A stretch of 64,000 nucleotides of DNA from Synechococcales cyanobacterium VAR_4_metabat_354 (lineage in GTDB: Bacteria > Cyanobacteriota > Cyanobacteriia > Cyanobacteriales > Chamaesiphonaceae), in NCBI GenBank assembly GCA_031414775.1, contig JANOQI010000035.1:1-64000 (forward strand), read 5' to 3'. Below are positions 1 through 12,069 of this stretch, piece by piece. Each line of letters opens with the position of its first letter. Positions within the stretch are counted from its first letter, which is position 1. The position numbers and the translations under genes are program-made. The notes beneath the pieces are model-generated. The model was not told the DNA's origin and ran no database searches. It worked only from the letters and a program-made list of their open reading frames with translations.

Positions 1-54
1 AAAGATTTGACAGAAATCATCGACGGAACAAAAGAGTTCTTCTAAACTAGGCAT
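1..54 (-). CDS. IS982-family transposase, N-terminal 18 codons (partial; runs off window)
   Basis: ATG at 54-52, manual translation MPSLEELFCSVDDFCQIF; not in ORF track. Confidence 0.7.
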   Translation of the reverse strand, partial: MPSLEELFCSVDDFCQIF

Positions 55-139
55 AAGGCAATCCAGATTTTTGGTTGATTGGTACCTCCAGACTATCTGT
101 TTTGCCCCTTTTTTTCTTTCCTTATCCCGAACTCACGTT
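1..139 (-). mobile_element. Left end of an IS982-family-like insertion sequence (continues beyond the window's left edge)
   Basis: Minus strand reads AACGTGAGTTCGGGATAAG (139-121), resembling cyanobacterial IS terminal repeats, followed ~85 nt later by an ORF starting MPSLEELFCSVDDFCQIF, typical of cyanobacterial IS982 transposase N-termini (xLxxLFCxVDDFC). Confidence 0.75.
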
Positions 140-523
140 AAATTACTATACTTCTTTCGTTGTTCTTGGTACGAATGTTCAGGGGAACAAAGCCAAGAAT
201 TGATTAAGGATGAGTAGCTAGATAATACTCAGGTATATCTTACACCGTCGATTTAAGGCTCTTCTCATACTAAGTTTGTTTTCAATCTCTAAATATCCTT
301 TAGTAATAATTACTCAGTCAAAATAATAAGCAATTTAACTTGACTGTATTACAAAAGTCGCGCTAAGATGTTACACATATTGGACTATATATTTGTGGAT
401 GCAGCCGCTCAAGGGGTCAGAAGTGACTTTTTGAGTGGTTCTTTTTATGGCAGCACCAGCATTCCCAGAGCCACCCCATCCTGATAAGCTAACAACAGTA
501 GTTCCAAATTGATTGTGACAGTA

Positions 524-1768
524 ATGGCAGCAGAGTGGCATATTGTACCTGGTGGTGTAACCGCACCCAAAGGATTTCGGGCGGCGGGCATCACGGCTGG
601 TCTGAAAGAATCTGGGCTGCCGGACTTAGCTTTAGTAATTTCCGATAACACTGCGATCGCAGCGGGAGTTTTCACCACCAGTCAAGTACGCGCTGCCTGT
701 GTTGAATACTGTCGCCAACAGCTCACGGCTAAACACAACATTAGGGCGATTTTAATTAACTCTGGTCAGGCCAATGCGGCCACGGGCGAGGTCGGTTGGC
801 AAGATGCCGTAAATAGTGCCCAGGCTCTGGCTCAGATTTTAAATATTCCGGCTCAGTCGATTTTACTGGCTTCCACTGGGGTAATTGGCCAGCGGATCAA
901 AATGGATAAACTGGTCGCCGCTCTGCCGGCCTTAGCCGCAGCAGCTGAGGATGATGGTGGTGACTTGGCTGCTCGATCGATCATGACCACTGATTTGGTA
1001 AGTAAGTCGATCGCTTTGCAAACTACGATCGATGGCCGACCAGTTAGAATTGGCGGGATGGCCAAGGGCTCCGGGATGATTCATCCCAATATGGCTACGC
1101 TGCTGGCTTTTATCACTTGCGATGCCGCCGTTTCCACTACTCTCTGGCAACAAATGCTCACCAGAGCCGCCGATAAATCTTTTAATCAAGTAACCGTAGA
1201 CGGGGATACCAGTACCAACGACTCGCTGATTGCCCTAGCTAATGGTGAATCGCGGACGCAAGCAATTATTGAGCCGGGAGCCGATGCTGATCAATTAGAA
1301 GCAATGTTGACCGAAGTCTGTCAATATCTGGCTAAATGTATTGCTCGCGATGGAGAAGGTGCGACTTGCCTGGTAGAAGTGCAGGTGCATGGCACTCATA
1401 CTGATGCCGAAGCCCGTCAAATTGCCCGGACAATTGCTGGATCATCTTTGGTGAAAGCGGCAATTTTTGGCCGTGATCCAAACTGGGGCAGGATTGCGAT
1501 GGCCGCTGGTCGGGCGCAGATTTTGTTTGACCAAAACTTGTTGCGGATTGAGTTGGGGGATTTGGTCTTGATGGATTATGGCCAGCCTTTGGAGTTCGAT
1601 CGAGCAGCAGCCAGTAACTATTTAAAAGCTGCCGCCGCCGGGGAATATCTAAAAACCGATACGGTACTAATTAAAGTAGGTGTTGGCGGCGGCAGTGGTT
1701 TTGGTTTGGCTTGGGGCTGTGATCTAAGCTACGACTACGTGAAAATCAATGCTGAATACACCACTTAA
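524..1768 (+). CDS. argJ: Bifunctional ornithine acetyltransferase / N-acetylglutamate synthase
   Basis: GGVTAPKGF, NSGQANAATG, KGSGMIHPNMAT autocleavage motif, DGDTSTND, GCDLSYDYVKINAEYTT; ATG 524 preferred over TTG 509. Confidence 0.97.
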   Translation: MAAEWHIVPGGVTAPKGFRAAGITAGLKESGLPDLALVISDNTAIAAGVFTTSQVRAACVEYCRQQLTAKHNIRAILINSGQANAATGEVGWQDAVNSAQALAQILNIPAQSILLASTGVIGQRIKMDKLVAALPALAAAAEDDGGDLAARSIMTTDLVSKSIALQTTIDGRPVRIGGMAKGSGMIHPNMATLLAFITCDAAVSTTLWQQMLTRAADKSFNQVTVDGDTSTNDSLIALANGESRTQAIIEPGADADQLEAMLTEVCQYLAKCIARDGEGATCLVEVQVHGTHTDAEARQIARTIAGSSLVKAAIFGRDPNWGRIAMAAGRAQILFDQNLLRIELGDLVLMDYGQPLEFDRAAASNYLKAAAAGEYLKTDTVLIKVGVGGGSGFGLAWGCDLSYDYVKINAEYTT

Positions 1769-1794
1769 TTTTGGCGTTGCCCCACCAATTTGAT

Positions 1795-2340
1795 CTAACC
1801 CATCGTGTAGGCCGGACGCTCTTTTAAGCGCTGCATGTAAGCCACCACCTGGGGATAAGGACTCAAATCCAAATCTTTGACCATCATCAGGGCATAGCCC
1901 AGAATAGAGCCGACCGCCACATCACCAGCCGAGAAAGTTTCACCCATAACAAACGTTTGCTTGCCCAGCAGGTCATTGAGTTTGCCAAGTAGGTGTGGTG
2001 TTTCTTTGGCTTGAAATTGCGGCGCAAAAAGGCCATCACCCATGGTGGAGTTGGCAAAGATGACCCATTGATTGACAATCGCGATTTTTTCTGGTGTATC
2101 GATAGTGGGATCATATTTGCTGGCGAGATAGGTCAAAATCGCCCCGGATTCCCACAAAATGAAGCCGTTGTCATCGATCGCTGGCACTTTAGAAAATGGA
2201 TGAATTGCTACATATTCTGGCTGAAAGTGTTGACCTTCTTTCAGTTCAACCAAGACAAATTCGTAAGGAAGCTGGAGTTCTTCTAGGTACCATTTGACAA
2301 TTACTGCGCGGCTAAAGCTATCACCATAAAGTTTAATCAT
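1795..2340 (-). CDS. Glutathione S-transferase family protein
   Basis: SRAxIVKWYLEEL, HPFSKVPAI, LWESGAIL GST N-terminal motifs. Confidence 0.92.
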   Translation of the reverse strand: MIKLYGDSFSRAVIVKWYLEELQLPYEFVLVELKEGQHFQPEYVAIHPFSKVPAIDDNGFILWESGAILTYLASKYDPTIDTPEKIAIVNQWVIFANSTMGDGLFAPQFQAKETPHLLGKLNDLLGKQTFVMGETFSAGDVAVGSILGYALMMVKDLDLSPYPQVVAYMQRLKERPAYTMG

Positions 2341-2493
2341 GGAACACCTCGATAAAAATAGTTGATTTGTATTATATTATCGGAGTGGCGATCGATCATG
2401 TCAAACTAATGAACAGAATCTTAAAGATATATTTGGATCTTGAGAAACCGTCGAAATCGCCATCAATTTCTCCCTCCTAATAATTTAATTTAT

Positions 2494-2856
2494 ATGCCTC
2501 AAGTTAAAATCTCTGGCTTGCGTGAACAGTTAGCACCCATCCAAGCCCAGCTGATCAAAATCATTGAAGATTGCTTTGCTGAAGTTACGGGATTAACTGC
2601 TGACAAAATTGTCCAGCGTTGTTACCCCATGACGGCGGCAGATTTGCACTGTCCCGGTCGATCATCGCGCTATACAATCATCGAGATCAGTATGTTCGCG
2701 GGGAGACCAGTCGAAGTCACCAAGCAGCTGATCAAGACAATCCTCACCAAGATCCAGCAAGAAGTAGGATTAACTGCTACTGAGCTAGACATCATGCTAA
2801 TCGAACTGCCCAGCCATCATTGGGGATTGCAGGGCACCACTGGCGATGAGTTGTGA
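2494..2856 (+). CDS. Tautomerase family protein (4-OT/MSAD-like)
   Basis: Start at ATG 2494 gives N-terminal Pro (MPQVKI); IEISMFAGR and WGLQG motifs. Confidence 0.8.
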   Translation: MPQVKISGLREQLAPIQAQLIKIIEDCFAEVTGLTADKIVQRCYPMTAADLHCPGRSSRYTIIEISMFAGRPVEVTKQLIKTILTKIQQEVGLTATELDIMLIELPSHHWGLQGTTGDEL

Positions 2857-2858
2857 TT

Positions 2859-3860
2859 TTAGCTTTTGGGATGGCGTTGTTGGTGCCATTGCCAAGCGTG
2901 ACCAATAATATCGGACAAATTGGGATATTGCGGCTGCCAGTTCAGAACCTGCTGCGCCTTTGCACTACTCCCCAACAAAATCGGTGGATCACCCGCTCGC
3001 CGATCGCCATAGACAACTTTAACCTGCCGACCAGTAACCTCCTCTGCCGCCCCAATTACCTCTTTCACCGAAAAACCATTGCCATTGCCCAAATTAAACA
3101 CTTGGCAATCACCACCGGCCAGCAAATGCTTTAGACCGAGGACGTGAGCTGAGGCCAGGTCACTGACATGGATATAGTCGCGGATGCAAGTACCATCAGC
3201 GGTTTCATAGTCTGTCCCGAATACCGAAATACTCTCCCGATGACCTAGGGCTGTTTGTAGAATTAGCGGAATCAAGTGGGTTTCTGGTTGGTGATCTTCT
3301 CCTAAGCGTCCTTGAGGGTCGGCACCAGCGGCATTAAAATAGCGGAACCGCACCGACTTAAAGCCATAGGCTTGGTCGAAATCCATCAGGATATTCTCGA
3401 CCATCAGCTTGCTCGTAGCGTAGGGACTGATTGGCGCGAAAGGATGGTCTTCGACCAGCGGGATAAACTGGGGCACGCCATAAACAGCGCAGGTCGAAGA
3501 AAACACAAACTTATCGATACCGGCGGCTCGCATGGCCTCTAGCAAAGTGAGCGTGCCCATCACGTTATTACGATAGTAATTGGCAGGCTGCTGCACCGAC
3601 TCGCCGACGGCAATATAGGCAGCAAAATGCATCACAGCGGTAATTTCGTGTTCAGCGAAGAGCTGATCGAGCAGCACTCGATCATTCGTATTACCCACCA
3701 CTAATTTTGCTGGAGCCAGGACTTGATCGACTAATTCTGGATGGCCATACTCTAAGCTATCTAAAATCACCACCTCATAACCAGCTTGTTGCAAAGCTAA
3801 GACGGCATGGGAACCAATATAACCAGCGCCGCCGGTCACGAGAATTTTGGCCTGGGACAT
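2859..3860 (-). CDS. galE: UDP-glucose 4-epimerase
   Basis: GGAGYIGSH, FSSTCAVYG, YATSK, RYFNAAGA, DGTCIRDYIHV. Confidence 0.96.
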   Translation of the reverse strand: MSQAKILVTGGAGYIGSHAVLALQQAGYEVVILDSLEYGHPELVDQVLAPAKLVVGNTNDRVLLDQLFAEHEITAVMHFAAYIAVGESVQQPANYYRNNVMGTLTLLEAMRAAGIDKFVFSSTCAVYGVPQFIPLVEDHPFAPISPYATSKLMVENILMDFDQAYGFKSVRFRYFNAAGADPQGRLGEDHQPETHLIPLILQTALGHRESISVFGTDYETADGTCIRDYIHVSDLASAHVLGLKHLLAGGDCQVFNLGNGNGFSVKEVIGAAEEVTGRQVKVVYGDRRAGDPPILLGSSAKAQQVLNWQPQYPNLSDIIGHAWQWHQQRHPKS

Positions 3861-3987
3861 AAAATTTTTTTACTAGGTAATGAATTTATCTAAACACAAG
3901 TTTAAGCTTTGAACTTAACCTAAATGGCCGATTCACCGCCGAATTTTTAGCTATGCTACGATCGATCCGACCTCCAGTTTCTCGAAT

Positions 3988-4752
3988 ATGCAAGTCCTGC
4001 GTGTGCCAGTGCTCAACGATAATTACATCTTTGTACTGGTTGATGCGGCGAGCCACACCGCCGCCGTTGTCGATCCAGCCTTGGCCGATCCCATCTTAGA
4101 TTTACTAGAGCAAGAACAAGTCGAGCTAGTGGCTATTTTAAATACCCATCATCACGGCGATCATGTGGGTGGCAATCCAGGTTTGTTAGCACGATTTCCG
4201 CAAGCAGTGGTATATGGTGGAGTGGTAGATCGAGGCCGCATTCCAGGGCAACAGGTTTACTTAGCCGATGGCGACCTGGTGACTTTTGCCGATCGATCAG
4301 CGCAGGTATTTTTTATTCCTGGCCATACCAAAGCCCATATTGCTTACTACTTTCCGGCTACAAGTACCGAGCCGGGTGAATTATTCTGTGGCGATACTAT
4401 TTTTGGGGGCGGCTGTGGTCGTTTGTTTGAAGGAACGCCTGCCCAAATGTTGCAATCGATCGATCGGCTGCGCCAGCTGCCAGCCGAAACCAGATTATGG
4501 TGTGCTCACGAATACACCCGCAATAATTTAAAGTTTGCACTCACTGTCGAACCAGATAATGGCGACTTGCAAGATCGTATTCAGTTAGTAGAGCAATCTG
4601 GATCTTTACCGACAATTCCTTCCACCATCGGTTTAGAGCAAAAAACAAATCCTTTTTTGCGTTGGCAGCAACCAGCGATTCAAGCCGCCATGCACAGCCA
4701 AGATCCGATTCAAACTTTTGCCAGACTGCGGGGACAGAAAGATCAGTTTTAG
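3988..4752 (+). CDS. gloB: Hydroxyacylglutathione hydrolase (glyoxalase II)
   Basis: [10 protein letters not shown] metallo-beta-lactamase motif, [31 protein letters not shown]. Confidence 0.95.
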   Translation: MQVLRVPVLNDNYIFVLVDAASHTAAVVDPALADPILDLLEQEQVELVAILNTHHHGDHVGGNPGLLARFPQAVVYGGVVDRGRIPGQQVYLADGDLVTFADRSAQVFFIPGHTKAHIAYYFPATSTEPGELFCGDTIFGGGCGRLFEGTPAQMLQSIDRLRQLPAETRLWCAHEYTRNNLKFALTVEPDNGDLQDRIQLVEQSGSLPTIPSTIGLEQKTNPFLRWQQPAIQAAMHSQDPIQTFARLRGQKDQF

Positions 4753-4826
4753 TGTCGATTAAGGATCGATCGACAGTTTTAAGGTTGAAATGATGACACA
4801 ATAGTGCCGGAGGTGAATCCAAAACC

Positions 4827-6017
4827 ATGCCAAAACTCCTGCAAAGAATTCGTCCTTTCTTCCCACTGCTCGATCCCAGCGTTAAGGAATGGTCTGTTTC
4901 GGCCCGGATGATGCTGTGGCTGACTTTCTTTTGGTTATTTATTGGTACTCTAGTATTATTTTCAGCTTCTTACCATCATGGCCAGGTGGAACAGCAGAAT
5001 GGTTTGTATTACTTCACCCGTCAAATGATTGCCATCTGGATTGGCATGGTGTTGTTTGGGGTGGTGGTGCAAACTCCGCTCAAAAAAATCGTTCAAATGG
5101 GTCCATGGGGGCTGGTCATTGTACTGGGATTGGTGTGGCTAACCTTAGTGCCTGGTTTAGGAAAAGGGGCACTGGGTGCCAATCGGTGGCTGGGCATTGG
5201 CCCCATTCAGTTGCAACCCTCCGATGTTATTAAACCTTTTTTGGTCATTCAGGCCGCTAAGCTTTTTGGTCAGTGGGGAAAATGGCCGCTGTCCACCAAA
5301 AGTTTTGGCCTGGGGGTTTTTGCGCTGGTTTTACTGGGGATTTTGAGGCAACCCAATCTCAGCACTGCGGCTCTGTGTGGCATTACCCTGTGGTTAATCG
5401 CTTGTGCAGCGGGGATCTCAATGCGCTATTTGTTTAGCTCAGCGATCGGCGGTATATTGGTAGCGATGGCTAGCTTGGCTCTCCAAACGTACCAACGGAA
5501 GCGGATGCTATCTTTTATGAATCCGTGGGCTGATCCGACGGATACCGGATTTCAGTTGATTCAGAGTTTGTATGCGATCGGCTCCGGCGGTTTTGTCGGT
5601 AGCGGCTATGGTCGCTCGATGCAAAAGCTAGGTTATTTGCCAATTCAAGACACCGATTTTATTTTTTCAGTTTTTGCCGAAGAGTTTGGCTATCTGGGCA
5701 GCATTACTTTGATCTTGATCGTCATGGCTTACGCCACGATCGGCCTGGGAATTGCCTACCAAGCTAAAAATATGGTACATCGATTGATTGCGATCGGAGC
5801 CATGACTTTTATTGTATTACAGTCCATTTTCAACATTGGTGTAGCTGCTGGAGCCTTACCCACCACTGGTTTACCGTTGCCTTTCTTTAGCTATGGGGGC
5901 ACCTCGTTGCTAGCTTCTTTAATGATGTCTGCGTTATTAATTAGAGTAGCTAGGGAGAGTAGCGAAGAAAAAGTAGTACCCTTTACTCGCGATTCACAAA
6001 GTCCCCCGCGTCAATAG
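4827..6017 (+). CDS. ftsW: SEDS family peptidoglycan polymerase FtsW
   Basis: GANRW, QPNLST, LPIQDTDFIFSVFAEEFG, LPTTGLPLPFFSYGG. Confidence 0.88.
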   Translation: MPKLLQRIRPFFPLLDPSVKEWSVSARMMLWLTFFWLFIGTLVLFSASYHHGQVEQQNGLYYFTRQMIAIWIGMVLFGVVVQTPLKKIVQMGPWGLVIVLGLVWLTLVPGLGKGALGANRWLGIGPIQLQPSDVIKPFLVIQAAKLFGQWGKWPLSTKSFGLGVFALVLLGILRQPNLSTAALCGITLWLIACAAGISMRYLFSSAIGGILVAMASLALQTYQRKRMLSFMNPWADPTDTGFQLIQSLYAIGSGGFVGSGYGRSMQKLGYLPIQDTDFIFSVFAEEFGYLGSITLILIVMAYATIGLGIAYQAKNMVHRLIAIGAMTFIVLQSIFNIGVAAGALPTTGLPLPFFSYGGTSLLASLMMSALLIRVARESSEEKVVPFTRDSQSPPRQ

Positions 6018-6041
6018 ATTTACTTTTGAGATTTATCCTGA

Positions 6042-6761
6042 ATGTTTGCTTCTTTCTATCAGCTCGAACAGTTTGCCAATCAATTGGTCAATAACCAACT
6101 GGCTCAGATCAGTCCGCTGTCGATCGGTATTATTTTTGGAGCCGGACTACTGACCAGTTTGACCCCCTGCACCCTATCGATGCTGCCCATTACTATTGGT
6201 TATATTGGCGGCTATGCCGATCGCAGTAAATGGCAAGCGGCTCAACAATCGGCCTGGTTTTGCCTGGGACTAGCCACCACAATGGCCGGGATGGGGATCG
6301 TGGCTGCTGGTCTGGGGCGCATCTATGGTCAAGTGGGGTGGGGACTACCCATCATCGTTAGCTTGCTAGCGATAATAATGGGTCTTAATCTATTGGAAGT
6401 GATTCAAATTCGCTTGCCCAGTTGGGGGGATAGTGACTGGATTGGTCAAGATTGGCCAGAAGGGGTACGGGCTTATCTACTGGGTTTGACCTTTGGTTTA
6501 GTCGCTTCGCCTTGCAGTACCCCCGTTTTAGCAACCTTGCTGGCTTGGGTGGCCAGTACCCGTAATATTGGACTGGGAGCGGTGTTGTTGTTGTCTTACA
6601 CGGCTGGCTATGTCTCACCTTTGATTATTGCCGGGACTTTTACCGCCAGTATTAAAGGTTTGCTGAGTCTACGGCAGTGGTCAGCCTGGATTACGCCCGC
6701 TAGCGGTTTCTTGTTGATTGGGTTTGGGGCGTTTTCTTTGTTGACCAGGCTGCCGATTTAA
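6042..6761 (+). CDS. ccdA: Cytochrome c biogenesis protein CcdA
   Basis: LTSLTPCTLSMLP and ASPCSTPVL conserved Cys motifs; upstream of ccs1. Confidence 0.93.
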   Translation: MFASFYQLEQFANQLVNNQLAQISPLSIGIIFGAGLLTSLTPCTLSMLPITIGYIGGYADRSKWQAAQQSAWFCLGLATTMAGMGIVAAGLGRIYGQVGWGLPIIVSLLAIIMGLNLLEVIQIRLPSWGDSDWIGQDWPEGVRAYLLGLTFGLVASPCSTPVLATLLAWVASTRNIGLGAVLLLSYTAGYVSPLIIAGTFTASIKGLLSLRQWSAWITPASGFLLIGFGAFSLLTRLPI

Positions 6762-6835
6762 TTCGCAGTTATAAAGTGTCTGCGCGATAATATTCTTTAT
6801 TAAATTAATTAAAACTTTTTTACCCTTTTAAAATA

Positions 6836-8173
6836 ATGTCGATCGATTCCCCTTTTCCTCCCCATCTACTGGCGACTACTTGGCGTTTGTGGCGGCACCA
6901 GGTAGCTCCCAAAATTGCCAATCTGCGGCTGGCAATTTTCTTGCTCTTGATTATTGCGATCTTCAGTATTTCCGGCACCGTGATCGAACAAGGGCAAGCG
7001 CCGGCCTACTATCAAAGCAATTACCCCGAACATCCGGCACTCTTTGGCTTTCTGACTTGGAAGGTGATTCAGGTGGTGGGTCTAGACCATGTGTATCGGA
7101 CTTGGTGGTATTTGGGACTATTGGCCTTTTTTGGGGTCAGTCTAGCCACTTGTACTTTTACTACTCAGCTACCGATGCTGAAATCGGCGCGACGCTGGCG
7201 GTTCTATGACAACCCCCGATTTTTCCAAAAACTGGCGCTCAGTGCCGAGATTGAGCAAACTGCTTTAGAACCATTGGTGACCAAATTAACCGGTAAACGC
7301 TACCGAATTTTTCAGGAAGAAAACAAAATCTATGCGCGCAAAGGAGTGATTGGCAAAGTCGGGCCAATCATTGTACATATCGGGATGATTGTGATCTTAA
7401 TTGGTGGCGTAATCGGTGCATTAACTGGGTTCTTAGCGCAAGAAATGATCGCTAGTGGTGATACTTTTCAAGTGAAAAATGTGATCGAGGCTGGTCGCTG
7501 GTCTGCTGGTCAGGTGCCCAAGGACTATTCGATCAAAGTGAATGATTTTCATATCGACTACAGTCCAGCCGGGGATATTGACCAATTCTATTCCGACCTG
7601 ACTGTGGTAGATGCTCAGGGGCAAGCTCTGCGTAAAGAAAAAATCTATGTAAATAAGCCGTTGATTTATAAAGGCGTGACTTTTTATCAAACCGACTGGG
7701 GGATTGCTGGAATTAAGGTACGGGTTAATAACAGCCCAATCTTTAAGCTACCAATGGCGCAGTTGGGGAAAGAAAAAGCCCGAATCTGGGGTACTTGGAT
7801 TCCGACCAAGCCGGATTTGAGCGCCGGGGTCTCGGTGTTGGCCAAAGATTTGCAGGGTACGGTGTTGGTCTATGACACGACAGGTAAATTAATTGGCAGT
7901 GCGCGGGAAGGGAGTTCGATCGAGATCAATGGCGTGAATCTCCAAATCCTCAAGGTGATTGGCAGTACTGGCTTACAGATTAAGGCCGATCCAGGGGTAC
8001 CGGTGGTCTATTTGGGTTTTGCACTGTTGATGGCCGGGGTGATGATGAGTTATTTCTCGCATTCGCAGGTGTGGGCGGTGTTGAAGGAAAATAAAGTCTA
8101 TATTGGTGGCCGAACAAATCGAGCACAGGTGGTATTTGAGCGGGAGTTAATCGAGATTATTGATCAGCTGTAG
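6836..8173 (+). CDS. ccs1: Cytochrome c biogenesis protein Ccs1/CcsB (ResB family)
   Basis: [39 protein letters not shown]. Confidence 0.93.
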   Translation: MSIDSPFPPHLLATTWRLWRHQVAPKIANLRLAIFLLLIIAIFSISGTVIEQGQAPAYYQSNYPEHPALFGFLTWKVIQVVGLDHVYRTWWYLGLLAFFGVSLATCTFTTQLPMLKSARRWRFYDNPRFFQKLALSAEIEQTALEPLVTKLTGKRYRIFQEENKIYARKGVIGKVGPIIVHIGMIVILIGGVIGALTGFLAQEMIASGDTFQVKNVIEAGRWSAGQVPKDYSIKVNDFHIDYSPAGDIDQFYSDLTVVDAQGQALRKEKIYVNKPLIYKGVTFYQTDWGIAGIKVRVNNSPIFKLPMAQLGKEKARIWGTWIPTKPDLSAGVSVLAKDLQGTVLVYDTTGKLIGSAREGSSIEINGVNLQILKVIGSTGLQIKADPGVPVVYLGFALLMAGVMMSYFSHSQVWAVLKENKVYIGGRTNRAQVVFERELIEIIDQL

Positions 8174-8234
8174 TTTAAACTAATGCATCAAGGTTATCAG
8201 CCAGCTGAATTGTTTCAGAATAAAATCCATAACA

Positions 8235-8266
8235 AAACCTTGTCTTTTGTATAAAAGACAAGGTTT
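8235..8266. terminator. Bidirectional intrinsic terminator between convergent ccs1 and rpsJ
   Basis: Perfect 14-bp inverted repeat AAACCTTGTCTTTT-GTAT-AAAAGACAAGGTTT. Confidence 0.8.
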
Positions 8267-8283
8267 AACTAAAAGCACAAATT

Positions 8284-8601
8284 CTACAGTTTTACTTCAA
8301 TGTCTACACCAGCTGGTAAATCGAGCTTCATCAAAGCATCGATTGTCTTAGAAGAAGGCTGGTAAATATCAATAATCCGGCGGTGAGTCCGAGTCTCAAA
8401 ATGCTCGCGCGAGTCCTTATCAACGTGAGGCGAACGCAGTACGCAATAGATCCGGCGCTTAGTTGGCAAAGGAATTGGTCCAACAGCGGTCGCGTCAGTA
8501 CGAGCAGCAGTTTCTACAATCTTGTCGCAGGAAGTATCCAGTAACCGCCGATCGAATGCCTTCAACCGAATCCGAATTTTTTGCTGAGTAATAGTAGCCA
8601 T
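8284..8601 (-). CDS. rpsJ: 30S ribosomal protein S10
   Basis: [31 protein letters not shown]. Confidence 0.99.
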   Translation of the reverse strand: MATITQQKIRIRLKAFDRRLLDTSCDKIVETAARTDATAVGPIPLPTKRRIYCVLRSPHVDKDSREHFETRTHRRIIDIYQPSSKTIDALMKLDLPAGVDIEVKL

Positions 8602-8628
8602 AGTTTTTTAAATTATCAAGGTACAGTG

Positions 8629-8665
8629 AAAAAGATAGAGATGCGCCGGAGCAACATCTCTATCT
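8629..8665 (-). terminator. Stem-loop with U-tract between tuf and rpsJ (partial terminator or mRNA stabiliser)
   Basis: AGATAGAGATG (8633-8643) / CATCTCTATCT (8655-8665) inverted repeat followed by T-run on minus strand. Confidence 0.6.
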
Positions 8666-8681
8666 AGGTTAGAACTTAGGT

Positions 8682-9911
8682 CTACTTAATGATCTTGGAT
8701 ACAACGCCCGCACCGATGGTTCTACCACCTTCACGGATGGCGAAGCGCATTCCTTGTTCGATCGCTACTGGGTTGATTAGTTCCACAGTCATTTTTACGC
8801 GATCGCCAGGCATAACCATTTCAGCAGCACTACCATCATCAGCAGTAAAAGCTTTGATGTTGCCAGTTACGTCAGTAGTTCTTACATAGAATTGCGGACG
8901 ATAACCAGGGAAGAAAGGAGTCTTCCGACCACCTTCTTTGTCAGTCAAGACATAAACTTCACCCTCAAACTCAGTATGAGGAGTGATGCTACCAGGCTTG
9001 GCAATTACCATGCCCCGCTCGATGTCATCTTTTTGGATACCACGCATCAGCACACCAGCGTTGTCTCCAGCCATCCCTTCATCCAGGGATTTCTTGAACA
9101 TTTCAATACCGGTAATGGTAGTGTTGCGAGTGTCTCTGATGCCAACGATTTCCACGTTGTCACCAACCTTGACTTTCCCCCGTTCAATCCGGCCTGTAGC
9201 AACAGTACCCCGACCAGTAATCGAGAATACATCTTCCACAGCCATTAAGAAAGGCTTGTCGATTTCCCGCTCAGGAGTAGGAATATAAGAGTCTACTTCG
9301 GTCATCAACTTGTGAATTTTATCAACCCACTCGTTTTCACCCAACTGGGTTTTAGGGTTGGCAGTCATCTGCTCAACTGCTCTCAATGCAGAACCAGAGA
9401 CAATGGGGATGTTGTCACCATCAAAGTCGTAGGAAGTCAGTAGTTCACGGATTTCCATTTCAACTAGTTCTAGCAATTCAGCATCGTCAACTTGGTCTTC
9501 CTTGTTCATGAAGATTACTAGTTGAGGAACACCAACTTGTTTCGCTAGCAAAATGTGCTCACGAGTCTGGGGCATCGGGCCATCAGCTGCTGATACTACT
9601 AAGATACCGCCATCCATTTGAGCCGCACCAGTGATCATGTTTTTCACATAATCAGCGTGACCAGGGCAGTCTACGTGAGCGTAGTGACGACCGGGCGTTT
9701 CATACTCTACGTGAGCAGTATTGATGGTAATACCACGCGCCTTTTCTTCAGGAGCCGCGTCGATTTCATCATATTTCTGAGCTTTAGCACCACCGATAGC
9801 TGACAAACACATTGTGATTGCAGCAGTCAGCGTAGTTTTACCGTGGTCAACGTGACCAATGGTACCAATGTTAACGTGCGGTTTATTCCGTTCAAATTTA
9901 GCGCGTGCCAT
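8682..9911 (-). CDS. tuf: Elongation factor Tu
   Basis: [35 protein letters not shown]. Confidence 0.99.
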   Translation of the reverse strand: MARAKFERNKPHVNIGTIGHVDHGKTTLTAAITMCLSAIGGAKAQKYDEIDAAPEEKARGITINTAHVEYETPGRHYAHVDCPGHADYVKNMITGAAQMDGGILVVSAADGPMPQTREHILLAKQVGVPQLVIFMNKEDQVDDAELLELVEMEIRELLTSYDFDGDNIPIVSGSALRAVEQMTANPKTQLGENEWVDKIHKLMTEVDSYIPTPEREIDKPFLMAVEDVFSITGRGTVATGRIERGKVKVGDNVEIVGIRDTRNTTITGIEMFKKSLDEGMAGDNAGVLMRGIQKDDIERGMVIAKPGSITPHTEFEGEVYVLTDKEGGRKTPFFPGYRPQFYVRTTDVTGNIKAFTADDGSAAEMVMPGDRVKMTVELINPVAIEQGMRFAIREGGRTIGAGVVSKIIK

Positions 9912-9993
9912 GTAACTTTATTCCTTATTTCCTCTAATTAATTTTAGCAGGCTAGGGTTTACTGAAGATCGGTCTAGCAGTAAACTCTTGACC

Positions 9994-12069
9994 CTAGCCG
10001 TTCCCTTTGCTCTTGGCGATAATCGCTTCGGCTTCGTTGCGTGGAACTTCGTCATAGTGACTAAATTCCATGGAGAAGATGCCGCGACCTTGCGTGTTAG
10101 AGCGAATGTTGGTGGCATAGCCAAACATTTTAGCCAAAGGCACCTTGGCAGTTACTTTCGCAATGCCTTGGCCAGAGTCCTGACCTTCCACTTGACCTCG
10201 GCGAGAGTTAAGGTCGCCGATGACGTTGCCAATGTAGTCTTCTGGGACTTCGACTTCCACCTTCATGTTTGGCTCCAGTAAGACAGGACTAGCCTTCATT
10301 ACTGCATCCTTAATGGCGATCGAACTGGCAATTTTAAAGGCCATTTCGTTAGAATCGACATCGTGGTAAGAACCGTCAACCAGCGTCACCTTCAGATCGA
10401 TTACTGGGTAGCCAGCTAAAATGCCGGATTCACAGCTCTCTCTGATGCCTTGCTCGATCGGGTTGATGTACTGCTTTGGTACCGAACCACCCACAATCTT
10501 GGAAACGAATTCTAAACCGCTGCCCGGATCGCTAGGAGCTACTTCGATCACAACGTGACCGTAGTTACCGTTACCACCACTCTGCTTGATGTACTTACCT
10601 TCCATCCGGATCGGCTTACGGATGGTTTCGCGATAAGCTACTTGTGGGGCACCAATGTTGGCTTCCACGTTAAACTCTCGCATCATCCGATCGACCAAGA
10701 TCTCTAGGTGCAACTCGCCCATGCCAGCAATCACTGTCTGATTGGTTTCCGGGTCAGTATGCACGCGGAAGGTTGGATCTTCTTGAGACAGTGAGATTAG
10801 CGCCTTGGAGAGCTTTTCCATGTCCTGCTTGGTCTTTGGCTCTACTGCCAATGAAATCACTGGTTCAGGGATAAACAATGATTCCAAAATGATGACATTG
10901 TTCTCATCACAGATAGTATCACCAGTAAAGGTGTCTTTTAAACCCAGTACTGCGCCTAGATCACCAGCTCTCAGCTCATCAACTTCTGTTCTTTCATCGG
11001 CCTTCAGAATAATCAAGCGAGAAATTCGCTCTTTCTTTTCTTTGCTCGAATTTAGTACATAAGTACCAGTCTTGAGCACACCAGAGTAAACCCGGACGAA
11101 AGTAAGACGACCGAACTTATCGGACATGATTTTGAAAGCCAGTGCCGCCAGTGGTTCATCATCATCAGCATGACGAGTCGCTGTTTCGCCATTGGGCAAG
11201 ATGCCCTCAATGGCTGGTGCTTCAATTGGTGATGGTAGGTAATCAAGCACGCCATCAAGTAGCGCTTGCACGCCCTTGTTCTTGAAGGCCGAACCACAGA
11301 ACATTGGAACGATGGTGTTATTGATCGTGCCTTTGCGCAGAGCTAGTTTGATTTCTTCCTGGGTAATCTCTTGACCTTCCAGGTATTTTTCCATCAGCTC
11401 ATCAGTCGTTTCTGCTACAGCTTCAACTAGTTTGACTCGGTACTCTTCAGCTTTAGCTTGCAGATCAGCCGGGATATCAGTTTCTTCGACTTCCTTGCCA
11501 ATGTCATCCTTGTGGATGAACGCCCGCATGGTTATTAGATCAACAACTCCTAAGAACTCGCCTTCGGCACCGATCGGAATCTGAACTGGGATGGCGTTGG
11601 ATTTTAGTCGATCGCTCACCTGCTCACAAACTTTGTAGAAGTTCGCCCCAGTACGATCCATCTTGTTAACGAAGACAATCCGAGGTACGTTGTAACGATT
11701 GGCCTGCCGCCATACTGTCTCTGATTGCGGCTGCACACCACCAACGGAGCAAAAAACGGCAATCACGCCATCTAATACCCGCATGGAGCGTTCTACTTCG
11801 ATCGTGAAGTCAACGTGACCAGGAGTGTCAATGATGTTAATTTTGTGATCTTTCCAGCTGGTGCTGATTGCCGCAGCGGTGATCGTAATCCCCCGCTCCT
11901 TTTCTTGCTCCATCCAGTCGGTGGTAGCGTTACCATCGTGAACTTCACCAATCTTATGTACTACACCAGAGAAGTACAGGATTCGTTCGGTCGTGGTAGT
12001 CTTGCCCGCATCAATGTGGGCCGCAATCCCGATGTTGCGTACTTTTTCAAACGGGACAGTACGTGGCAC
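9994..12069 (-). CDS. fusA: Elongation factor G
   Basis: [30 protein letters not shown]; canonical str-operon position. Confidence 0.99.
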   Translation of the reverse strand: MPRTVPFEKVRNIGIAAHIDAGKTTTTERILYFSGVVHKIGEVHDGNATTDWMEQEKERGITITAAAISTSWKDHKINIIDTPGHVDFTIEVERSMRVLDGVIAVFCSVGGVQPQSETVWRQANRYNVPRIVFVNKMDRTGANFYKVCEQVSDRLKSNAIPVQIPIGAEGEFLGVVDLITMRAFIHKDDIGKEVEETDIPADLQAKAEEYRVKLVEAVAETTDELMEKYLEGQEITQEEIKLALRKGTINNTIVPMFCGSAFKNKGVQALLDGVLDYLPSPIEAPAIEGILPNGETATRHADDDEPLAALAFKIMSDKFGRLTFVRVYSGVLKTGTYVLNSSKEKKERISRLIILKADERTEVDELRAGDLGAVLGLKDTFTGDTICDENNVIILESLFIPEPVISLAVEPKTKQDMEKLSKALISLSQEDPTFRVHTDPETNQTVIAGMGELHLEILVDRMMREFNVEANIGAPQVAYRETIRKPIRMEGKYIKQSGGNGNYGHVVIEVAPSDPGSGLEFVSKIVGGSVPKQYINPIEQGIRESCESGILAGYPVIDLKVTLVDGSYHDVDSNEMAFKIASSIAIKDAVMKASPVLLEPNMKVEVEVPEDYIGNVIGDLNSRRGQVEGQDSGQGIAKVTAKVPLAKMFGYATNIRSNTQGRGIFSMEFSHYDEVPRNEAEAIIAKSKGNG

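Noticed and set aside
9994..12069. Unusual EF-G residues ([15 protein letters not shown]) suggesting a specialised paralogue
   Set aside because: G-domain motifs and the KQSGG loop are intact and the gene sits in the canonical str operon; ordinary divergence is the simpler explanation
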